This document shows positions 21,021 through 29,025 of a stretch of DNA of 64,000 nt, piece after piece (position 1 is the first letter of the stretch; the number at the start of each line of letters is the position of its first letter). Below the pieces are notes generated by a model. It was given only the letters and a program-made list of their open reading frames with translations, did no database searches and had not been told where the DNA came from. Source of the stretch: Sumerlaeia bacterium (GTDB lineage Bacteria; Sumerlaeota; Sumerlaeia; SLMS01; JAHLLQ01). Made by a program: the position numbers and the translations under genes. The stretch is from contig JAVJSW010000060.1 of assembly GCA_040219255.1 (NCBI GenBank), forward strand, positions 192,001 to 256,000. Direction: 5' to 3'.

Positions 21021-21461
21021 ATGCCTGCTCGAATTCTCATCGCCGACGATGACCCCGATATCCGACTGCTGCTGCGGGCGGAACTCGAACCGCTCTATCG
21101 CGTCATCGAGGCCCGCGACGGCCGCGAAGCCTGGAAGCTGATCCAGGAAAAGCGCCCCGTCCTCATCGTCACTGACCTCGGCATGCCGGGCATCGACGGT
21201 CTCGAGCTGACCAAACTGGTCAAGACCAGCGAAGACGAAGAACTGGCCGGCACCCCGGTCGTGATCCTGACCGGCGCCACGGTCAGCGACGCCCTGCCCT
21301 CGGGCTTCTGGCTCAAGGGGACAAACGCCGACATGTTTTTCGAGAAACCCTTCGACCCGGCCACGTTGCGGGCGGGGCTGGACCGGCTCATCAAGCGCCG
21401 CATGAATTGGAAAGAACTGCCCCCGGGCCAGGGGTTCTACGAGGGCGAGCAGCCAGTTTAG
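21021..21461 (+). CDS. Single-domain response regulator
   Basis: ILIADDD, phospho-acceptor TDLGMPGIDG, ILTG, FFEKPF. Confidence 0.9.
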   Translation: MPARILIADDDPDIRLLLRAELEPLYRVIEARDGREAWKLIQEKRPVLIVTDLGMPGIDGLELTKLVKTSEDEELAGTPVVILTGATVSDALPSGFWLKGTNADMFFEKPFDPATLRAGLDRLIKRRMNWKELPPGQGFYEGEQPV

Positions 21462-21572
21462 AGTTTTTCCGCGGGTCCCGCCTTGAATATATCGAGTCCT
21501 GGGGCGTAGGTTGAGATACAGCATCGCGCCATCTTCGGTCTGGCGCCATCTTCCGGCCAGGAGAGCATCCCC

Positions 21573-21941
21573 ATGTATTACGCCGCCGCGGCCGCCGCCG
21601 CCCATACCCGCGTCCAGGCGATGGTGGGTTCCACCGTCGACACCCAGGCGCGCTCCAGCGCCCAGGAGATGGAGCTCAAGCTCGAGCGACAGAACCTCGT
21701 CATCCAGACGTTGCTGATGCTGTTGCTCGAAAAGGGTGTCATTCACGATCAGGAATTCCGCGAGTGGCTGGCTTACGTGGATGGGCTGGACGGCAAGGTG
21801 GACGGCCGCGTGCGCGAGGACAAATCGCCCGTGGCCTGTCCGAAGTGCGGCCGCAACAGCCCGCGCCAGTCGCCCTCCTGTCAGTACTGCGGCGAAGCGC
21901 TGCCGGCGGATTATCTGGCGCGGCGCCCCCAGAATCCGTAG
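21573..21941 (+). CDS. Hypothetical protein with C-terminal zinc ribbon
   Basis: AGGAG RBS; CPKC...CQYC. Confidence 0.75.
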   Translation: MYYAAAAAAAHTRVQAMVGSTVDTQARSSAQEMELKLERQNLVIQTLLMLLLEKGVIHDQEFREWLAYVDGLDGKVDGRVREDKSPVACPKCGRNSPRQSPSCQYCGEALPADYLARRPQNP

Positions 21942-22151
21942 CCTTCCCAGCCGCGGCCAGGCGCGGGGCGGGAATTCATTTCCGGCTTGCCAACTCGCGG
22001 TTTCTTCGGTTGCAATCCCCCGGGTCCACGCGCCCCGGATTTCCGGGAACGCGCCGGGCTCCTTCGATCCTCACGGCGTCAGGCCGCGCAGGCGCCTTTT
22101 ACCGGGGGCCTGGCACGCTCTGTCACGCAACTCCACGGCTGGTGCCGCCCA

Positions 22152-22481
22152 ATGCCCGTCACCCTTCCGGAAGCCGAGACCCAAGAACAGACCTCGACCG
22201 AGAAGAAGAACGCTCCTCTCTACAATGTCATCATCTTTGACGACGACGAGCACTCCTACGCCTACGTCGTCGAAATGATGATGAACCTCTTCGCCATGAC
22301 GCCCGAGGAGGGCTTCGACGTGGCCTACACCGTCGATCACATCGGCGAAGCCACCGTGATGACGGTTCCCCACGAGGAAGCCCTCGAAGCGTACCATAAG
22401 ATCATCGGCTATGGTCCGGACCACCGGATGCAGAATTCGAAGGGCTCGATGTCCTGCACGATCAAACCGGCGGACGAGTGA
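22152..22481 (+). CDS. clpS: ATP-dependent Clp protease adaptor ClpS
   Basis: PLYNVIIFDDDEHSYAYVVEMM...VDHIGEA. Confidence 0.88.
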   Translation: MPVTLPEAETQEQTSTEKKNAPLYNVIIFDDDEHSYAYVVEMMMNLFAMTPEEGFDVAYTVDHIGEATVMTVPHEEALEAYHKIIGYGPDHRMQNSKGSMSCTIKPADE

Positions 22482-23227
22482 GCGCCCCCCGTCCCGTCTC
22501 CCCTCCCCAGCAAGCCTACATCCCCCGGGACGAACCCCGCCGGTCCGTCTCGGGAAAGAAAACCCTGATCGCGGTCGCCATCGCTGCCTGCCTTTTCGTA
22601 CCCCTGCTCGTGGCTGGGCCGACGTTCCAGCGCGACATCGACCTGACCACCCTGCGCCAACGCACGCAAAGCGGCTTCACCATCATGAACGCTCCGGTCG
22701 GCGAACCGGCGCGCGAGGTGGAGGACGCCTGGCCCGAGCCCTCTGGCGATTTCCATATTCCCCCGCCCTTTGACTCCCCCCACGCGTCCACTCCGATGGC
22801 TTATTGGCAGGCGCTCGGCCGCGTGGATGATCCGCCGGAGAGCGAGCGCTGGGTCACGCGGCGCTACACCTCGCCGGTACTGTTCGTCATTCCCCTGACA
22901 AACCCGAACGCGCTCCATCCCTTCGACCGCGCCCGCCTCGACACGCGGCTGATCGCGGCGGCGGTGCTGGACCCCGGCGACCCGGCGGACCGGGCGCTCT
23001 ACGAGGAGGTCGAGGCCGCCCTGGCCGACGTCACCCCCGCGCCCAAACCGGACACTGGCGCCCCGGAAAAACGCCGCGCCCGCAAACCCACCCTCGGCGA
23101 TCTCCGCGCCCAAGCCTTCGTCGAAGACTTCCTGACAATCCTGTCGCAAGACGCCCCCGAGGCCGAGCGGCTCTCCGCCGTGCGAGAGGCTTTGCGGTTG
23201 CTCCCGGACAATCCCGCCGTTCGATAG
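22478..23227 (+). CDS. Hypothetical membrane-anchored protein
   Basis: GTGA overlap with clpS; TM TLIAVAIAACLFVPLLVAG. Confidence 0.6.
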   Translation: MSAPRPVSPPQQAYIPRDEPRRSVSGKKTLIAVAIAACLFVPLLVAGPTFQRDIDLTTLRQRTQSGFTIMNAPVGEPAREVEDAWPEPSGDFHIPPPFDSPHASTPMAYWQALGRVDDPPESERWVTRRYTSPVLFVIPLTNPNALHPFDRARLDTRLIAAAVLDPGDPADRALYEEVEAALADVTPAPKPDTGAPEKRRARKPTLGDLRAQAFVEDFLTILSQDAPEAERLSAVREALRLLPDNPAVR

Positions 23228-23249
23228 GGATTGCCTGGAGGACGCAAGG

Positions 23250-23774
23250 ATGCTTCAGTCGATACACGAAATCGTCCAGACTTACGGGGACTGGGCGAGC
23301 CTTGGCGGTCTGTGGATCGGATTGATCGCCCTCTGGGCGACCTACCGGCAGGCCTATCAGGCGAGAAAGGCTTCGGAGGCAGCGAGCATGGCGGTGGCGG
23401 AGGCCCTGACGGGCGCCAGACTGCACTACAAATCGGAAAAGGTCAGGAGCTGCGTCGTCCATTACACGCTGGTCAAGGAAAGCCTGCGCAATGGTTCTCA
23501 CGTTCTCGCCCTGGAACGACTCGAACGGCTTCGGGAGCATCTGGGAGTATTGGTTGCCAGCCACTATCTGGATGGCAGGCAGATCAAGAGGGCGGAGGGG
23601 CTCTTGAGGGATATCACGCTCTCTATCAGTGCACTAAGCACACTAAGTCAACGAGGTGGGGAGAGGCGCTCGCCTTATGAATTCGACAACGACTTGCGAA
23701 ACATCGAGCCACTCGGCGCATTAATTACCGAAATCCAAGTAGAACTGGAGGGCACCGTCTATGAAAACAAATGA
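23250..23774 (+). CDS. Hypothetical protein with N-terminal TM (AT-richer islet)
   Basis: GGAGG upstream; TM WASLGGLWIGLIALWA; overlaps the next gene. Confidence 0.65.
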   Translation: MLQSIHEIVQTYGDWASLGGLWIGLIALWATYRQAYQARKASEAASMAVAEALTGARLHYKSEKVRSCVVHYTLVKESLRNGSHVLALERLERLREHLGVLVASHYLDGRQIKRAEGLLRDITLSISALSTLSQRGGERRSPYEFDNDLRNIEPLGALITEIQVELEGTVYENK

Positions 23775-24186
23775 TGTGGACAAAGAATTTGAATCTCTCA
23801 TTTCAGACGTGATCGAGTTGACGAACGCGCAGCAGATAAACTGGGAGTATGCTCCCAACTCGTCTGCCTATCAGGCAGAGCTTGGGGACTCTTACCTCTA
23901 CGTGAAAATGAAGTCAGATGTCACAGTATGGGAAGAAAACCAATTCGGCGAAAACGAGCCTGATCTGATCGATATAATCGACGTGAACTTGGTTTCTCGT
24001 TTAGGTGATGAAATTCACAACTATCAGCATTGGTGGAGGAGTGTCAAAGACGACTCCATTTACAAAAAGCTCTACGACTGTGCGTCAGAAGCCGTGGCCG
24101 CCAAGAAAGTCGGAGCTTTTCGCAAAATCCGGGAATCTCTCACGAGCAGAAAAGGTGCCCTCAAGCATGCCCAAAACCCGCGCTGA
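23761..24186 (+). CDS. Hypothetical protein (AT-rich islet)
   Basis: GGAGG RBS; 141-aa ORF in low-GC DNA (23761-23820 is 21/60 G+C). Confidence 0.7.
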   Translation: MKTNDVDKEFESLISDVIELTNAQQINWEYAPNSSAYQAELGDSYLYVKMKSDVTVWEENQFGENEPDLIDIIDVNLVSRLGDEIHNYQHWWRSVKDDSIYKKLYDCASEAVAAKKVGAFRKIRESLTSRKGALKHAQNPR

Positions 24187-24571
24187 AAAATTCTTTGTCG
24201 TCCTCAGTGTGCTCCACGAGCGCAGCGAGGAAATCGAGGTCCCCTGGGAAGCCTCCAACTCCTGCCGTACCGCCTTTCGCGTCGGCATGGGCCAGGGCAT
24301 GATCCGCCTCGAGCGCATCCCCGCCAACGGCCCCGAACGCTCGGCTAAATACGTCGCCTATCTGCAAGACGTGGAAGGCCGCGTGGCGCTCGAACTCGAG
24401 CAGGACGACGACGAGCTGCCCGGCTCCTCCGAGGTCCTGCGCGAACTCTACGAAGTCGCCCGCTACAGCGCCCTGCGCGGCGACGAACTGCTCCAAAGCG
24501 TCTCCAACGCCCTCAAGAAAAACGAATACCAACCCGTCACCCCGGGAACGGAGACGGCGATCGAGGAGTGA
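24167..24571 (+). CDS. Hypothetical protein, apparent paralogue of the preceding gene
   Basis: Host-like codon usage from ATG 24167; shares a WE...A[YF]...G...LY..A pattern with 23761..24186. Confidence 0.65.
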   Translation: MPKTRAEKFFVVLSVLHERSEEIEVPWEASNSCRTAFRVGMGQGMIRLERIPANGPERSAKYVAYLQDVEGRVALELEQDDDELPGSSEVLRELYEVARYSALRGDELLQSVSNALKKNEYQPVTPGTETAIEE

Positions 24572-24589
24572 TTTTTCTCGATTTAGAAA

Positions 24590-24749
24590 TCACCACCGAG
24601 CCACAGAGGGCACAAAGAAGATTGGAAATATGGAGGTTGGTGGCTGAAAAGCCCTCCCATTGAGTTGACCCGACATCGTATTGTCGAGATTCTTCACGTG
24701 TGCTTGAGGACCTCTGTGAAACCTCCGTCATCTGTGACCCTCTGTGGTT
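24590..24749. repeat. Non-coding element bounded by inverted repeats (CACAGAG family)
   Basis: Left arm ccacagagggcaca (from 24601); right arm tgtgaccctctgtgg (24733-24747); right arm aligns with the reverse complement of 60508-60546. Confidence 0.7.
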
Positions 24750-24849
24750 TTTATCGCCCCCACCACCCCCCGCCATCACGCCTTGATTTCCCTTCCGTTC
24801 CTCGCGCACGATGCCTTCGCATTTTTTCGGAGGAGTCACCCGAACCGTC

Positions 24850-26157
24850 ATGTCTCAATTGGAAACCGCTGCCACCACACCCGCCGCTCAAGGCGCGGAG
24901 CTGTCGATCCCGCAACTGATCGCCGACATGGGGCGCCGGGCCCGGGCGGCGGCGGCGCTGCTGACGGCGGCGGCTCCGGCGGCGAAGAACGAGGCCCTGG
25001 AGCGCGCGGCTACGCTCTTTGAGGCCCGCCGCGAGGACATTCGGCGCGAAAACGCCAAGGACCTCGCCAGCGGCCGCCAGCGCGGGCTGTCCGATGCCAT
25101 GCTCGATCGCCTCGAACTGACCGACGCCCGCATCCAGGCCATGGCCACGGCCCTGCGCGAAGTCGCCGCCCTGCCCGATCCGGTGGGCGAATTGAGCCAC
25201 GTCCGCGTCCGCCCCAACGGCCTGCGCCTCGGCAAGATGCGCGCGCCCATCGGTGTCGTCGGGATCATCTACGAATCACGCCCGAACGTGACGGCCGACG
25301 CCGGCGCGCTTTGCCTCAAGAGCGGCAACGCGGTGATTCTGCGCGGCGGCAGCGAAGCCCTCCACAGCAACAAAGTCCTTGCCGCGCTGATGGCCGAAGC
25401 CACCGGCGCCGCCGGCCTGCCGCAGGACGCCATCCAGCTTGTCCCCACCACGGACCGCGCGGCGGTGGGCGAGTTGCTGCGCGCCGACAAGTTCGTGGAC
25501 ATCATCATCCCCCGCGGCGGCAAGAGCCTGATCCAGCGCATCATGGACGAATCGCGCATTCCGGTCATCAAGCACCTCGATGGCAATTGCTCGGTTTACG
25601 TCGATGAGTTCGCGGACCTCGCCATGGCCGAGACGATCCTGGTCAACAGCAAGACCCATCGCTACGGCGTGTGCAACGCGGCGGAAACGCTGCTGGTGCA
25701 CGAGGCGGTGGCGGGCGATTTCCTGCCCCGGGCCGTGGCGGCGCTGGCGGCCAAGGGCGTGGAAATCCGAGGCTGCGCCCGCACCCGCGCCATCGTGCCC
25801 CAGGGCGTTGTGGAAGCCACCGAGGAGGATTGGGGCGAGGAATATCTGGCGCCCATCATCGCCGCGCGGATCGTCGACTCTTTCGATGACGCGGTGGCGT
25901 TCATCAATCACTACGGCAGCCATCACACCGATGTCATCGTCAGCAAGGACTACGGCCGCATCACGGCCTTCACCCGCCGGATCGACAGCGCCTGCGTCCA
26001 CGTGAACTGCTCGTCGCGGTTCAGCGACGGCGGCGAGTACGGTCTCGGCGCGGAAATCGGCATTTCCACCGATAAGCTCCACGCTCGCGGCCCCATGGGG
26101 CTCGAGGAGTTGACGACATCGAAGTGGGTGGCGCTGGGCGAGGGGCAGATTCGCTAA
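24850..26157 (+). CDS. proA: Glutamate-5-semialdehyde dehydrogenase
   Basis: GIIYESRPNVT, LKSGNAVILRGGSEA, VCNAAETLL, EIGISTDKLHARGPMGL; GGAGGAG upstream. Confidence 0.97.
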   Translation: MSQLETAATTPAAQGAELSIPQLIADMGRRARAAAALLTAAAPAAKNEALERAATLFEARREDIRRENAKDLASGRQRGLSDAMLDRLELTDARIQAMATALREVAALPDPVGELSHVRVRPNGLRLGKMRAPIGVVGIIYESRPNVTADAGALCLKSGNAVILRGGSEALHSNKVLAALMAEATGAAGLPQDAIQLVPTTDRAAVGELLRADKFVDIIIPRGGKSLIQRIMDESRIPVIKHLDGNCSVYVDEFADLAMAETILVNSKTHRYGVCNAAETLLVHEAVAGDFLPRAVAALAAKGVEIRGCARTRAIVPQGVVEATEEDWGEEYLAPIIAARIVDSFDDAVAFINHYGSHHTDVIVSKDYGRITAFTRRIDSACVHVNCSSRFSDGGEYGLGAEIGISTDKLHARGPMGLEELTTSKWVALGEGQIR

Positions 26158-26178
26158 GCCCAGCTTTCCCAGCCCCGC

Positions 26179-28728
26179 TCACTCTTCTTCATCTTGCAGT
26201 GGAGGCATCCAGCCGGTCTCCAGCGCCCGCTGAAAAAGCCGGTCGTTGTCGTATCCCAGGGCGCTGATCCGGTCCAGGACCGGCATCGCCTCCTCCGCTC
26301 GTCCCAGTTCAATCAAGGCTTCGGCGTAGTATTCGAGCATAAGACTGTCGTAAACGTCTTCGAGTTCCACGAGTTCGAGGGTTTCGCCGACGGACTCGGC
26401 GACGTTGCGCCACGCTTCCCGCTCCGCTTTGGTGTCGCCCTTCGCGGCGGAGCGCCGGGCATGCAAGGCCATCAGCTCGGCCATGTCGGAAGAAATCCGC
26501 AGCCGGCTGAGCAGTTCCGGCGAGAGCGAAGGGGACGCTTCCCGGTCCTCGTCGTCGCCGGAAACGACCGCCATGTCGTCTGCGGGGGCGGAATCGGTAT
26601 CTTGGCTCATGTCCCGCGCTATGGCGATATTCTCGCGAATGGCTTTCACTTCAGGGGATTCTTCGCCATAGGCCGATTCGGTCACCAATAGGGCCATGCG
26701 CAGGTGCGACAAAGCCCGGCGCGGATCCTCCGCCTTCAGGCAAATCTCGCCGATGCGGGCGGAGAGCGCGGCCAGCTCACGCGAGTCGTCCTTCAGCGCC
26801 CGCCGCGTTTTCAGCGAACGCTCCAGAAGCACCGCCGCGTCGTCGTACTGCCGCATGCGGACGAGAGTTTCGGCGGCGTCTTGCAGCTCCCGCGCAATGG
26901 AGCGAGCGCGTTCCGGCGGATTCAGCGGAATGTCCTGGCGCGCGAAGAGCAGCGAGGTCTCCTCCGCCACCTGATCCATCAACTCGCGGTCCGATGGCTC
27001 ATCCGGGTCCAGGCGCCCGCCCAGGTTCCTGATGGCGTAGAGGAGGAGCGACTGCGAGGAGGCGGCCCGGGCACGGGTCACTTCCCGCTCCGCCTCGGTC
27101 TGCTCCAGCAGTTCCTGGATTCGTTCCTTGGCGCTCTCCTCGTCCCGGCGCGCTTCGTCGTACGCGTTGCGTTCCGCCGCGAGGCGGAAGTTGAAGATCA
27201 CCGTCGTGATTGCGATGGCCACCAGGCCGATCAGAGCGATGGCGGTGGTCAGACGCCGCGTGCGCATCTGGACTTTCAGCTTCACCTCCGCTTTCTCCAG
27301 TTCCTCCTGAACGGCGTCGCGGGTCTTGGAGTCTTCCATGCGCTCGAATTGCGCGCGGGCCAGCACCAGGTCGTCGTTCGCCAGCGCCAGCCGCACATAA
27401 TCCGCCAGCGTCTGCGCCCGCAGCGGCCTGATGTCTGGATTGTCGGCGTGGAGCGCGTGGGCCTGCGCCAAGCGCGACAGGCATTCCGCGTAGGCCTGAT
27501 AGTCGCCCACGCCGAGCGCCAGCCGGTTACGCACCTTGCGCACGATTTCACCGGCCTCGCGCTGCTGGGTCGCTCCGGAAGTCCAATCCCTCAACTGAGT
27601 CAGGAAATCCTTCGCCGACGCCGTTCGCTCCTCCTGCTTCTCGGCCAAGGCTTGCAGGGCGATTTTCATCAGCCCCTCGGGCATTTCCCGCTCGCCCGCC
27701 GAATCCTTGATGTCGCGGAACTGGCCGACTTGCGCCATGCGGAAACACAACTCGGCCCCGAAGCCGGACCGTGGAAATCGCCCCGTCAGGAGTTGGTACA
27801 GGGTCCCCCCCAGCAGATAGACGTCCGTGGCGGGGGAAATCTTCTCCGAGTGATCCAGAGTTTGCTCCGGTGCCATCAGAACTGGCGTGCCGGCCGGCGC
27901 CACGGCGGTCTCGCGCGTGGGCAGAACATCGAAGGAGGTCGCCGCGCCCGAGTCGCGAAAACGCTTCTCGTCGTAAATCAGCGCGATCCCCCAGTCCATC
28001 AGCAGAACCTCGCCGAATTCCCCCAGCATCACCTGGCTCGGTTTCAGATCCCGGTGCACGATGCCCCGGCTGTGCGCGAAAGCCACAGCCTGCGTCACGC
28101 TCATCAGGATGGGCAGGTGTTTCGAGATGAACTGATTGACCGAAATCTCTTGGTTGTCGTGGTCTTCCTTGATTTCCTCCGACCACGGTCGGCCCCGCAC
28201 CAGCTTCATCGCCAGCAGCGGCCGTCCTTCCTCGTCCAGCCCCAGGTCGTGTACCGGCACGATGTTGGGGTGATCGAGGACCGCGGTGGCGAAGGCTTCC
28301 TGGCGGAAAGACACGTCGAGCGAGTCCGCCTCGCCGGTCATCAGCCGCGCCTGATAAAGGTCGTCGCGCAGACGCTTGACGGCCACCATGCGCCCGAGGC
28401 TGACCTGCGTCGCCTCCCAGACTTCGCCCATGCCGCCCTGGCCCACGACGTGGTGGAGGACGAAGGAGTTAGGCGACGATCCAGGCTCCGCCGGGCGCCG
28501 CGGATCGTCGCCCAGGGCCTTGAAGCTGGTCGTCCATTTCGCCAGCCGGTCGGCGTTCGCCAGCAACGACTCGCGAGCGAAAGTCCGCCGGCTCACCTGG
28601 GTCTCCGCCTCATCGCCGAGCTGGCGAATGCGGGTCGGATTGTAGGTGATCGTGGCGTCGTCCCCGGTCATCCCGGGCAGGACCGGCTGGTCCCCGCCGG
28701 GATTGGTGGGCGTATCGTATTCCTCCAT
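26179..28728 (-). CDS. Ser/Thr protein kinase with TM and TPR-like region
   Basis: GQGGMGEV, VAVK, HPNIVPVHD, HRDLKPSQ, DWG, APEQ, DVYLLG; TM AIALIGLVAIAITTVIF; start uncertain. Confidence 0.88.
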   Translation of the reverse strand: MEEYDTPTNPGGDQPVLPGMTGDDATITYNPTRIRQLGDEAETQVSRRTFARESLLANADRLAKWTTSFKALGDDPRRPAEPGSSPNSFVLHHVVGQGGMGEVWEATQVSLGRMVAVKRLRDDLYQARLMTGEADSLDVSFRQEAFATAVLDHPNIVPVHDLGLDEEGRPLLAMKLVRGRPWSEEIKEDHDNQEISVNQFISKHLPILMSVTQAVAFAHSRGIVHRDLKPSQVMLGEFGEVLLMDWGIALIYDEKRFRDSGAATSFDVLPTRETAVAPAGTPVLMAPEQTLDHSEKISPATDVYLLGGTLYQLLTGRFPRSGFGAELCFRMAQVGQFRDIKDSAGEREMPEGLMKIALQALAEKQEERTASAKDFLTQLRDWTSGATQQREAGEIVRKVRNRLALGVGDYQAYAECLSRLAQAHALHADNPDIRPLRAQTLADYVRLALANDDLVLARAQFERMEDSKTRDAVQEELEKAEVKLKVQMRTRRLTTAIALIGLVAIAITTVIFNFRLAAERNAYDEARRDEESAKERIQELLEQTEAEREVTRARAASSQSLLLYAIRNLGGRLDPDEPSDRELMDQVAEETSLLFARQDIPLNPPERARSIARELQDAAETLVRMRQYDDAAVLLERSLKTRRALKDDSRELAALSARIGEICLKAEDPRRALSHLRMALLVTESAYGEESPEVKAIRENIAIARDMSQDTDSAPADDMAVVSGDDEDREASPSLSPELLSRLRISSDMAELMALHARRSAAKGDTKAEREAWRNVAESVGETLELVELEDVYDSLMLEYYAEALIELGRAEEAMPVLDRISALGYDNDRLFQRALETGWMPPLQDEEE

Positions 28729-29025
28729 GGTGTCGTGCACGTTCTCCCAAGGACGAAAAATGAGGCTTAGGAGGCCATCAGGCGGTTCGGTTCTCAACGA
28801 GAAAAGCGCAAAATCCCCGCCTCTGGAATGCCATGGTCAGAATTCGGCGGGGGAGGGCGCTGGGTGAATTTTTGTCAATTTAGAGCGCTAACGCAATTTT
28901 GACAGTAATTTTCACTTGCATGGACCATCGCCGTATGCACGGTGAAACGTTCCTCTCGAGGAAGCCCGACTTAGCCCCAACTCCTAACAAATAACACTCC
29001 ACTTGTTAGTCCCACGAGGTTGCTC

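Noticed and set aside
28860-29010. AT-rich segment with tgtcaa/ttgaca and ctaacaa/ttgttag inverted repeats
   Set aside because: Adequately explained as a divergent promoter region; no regulator can be assigned.
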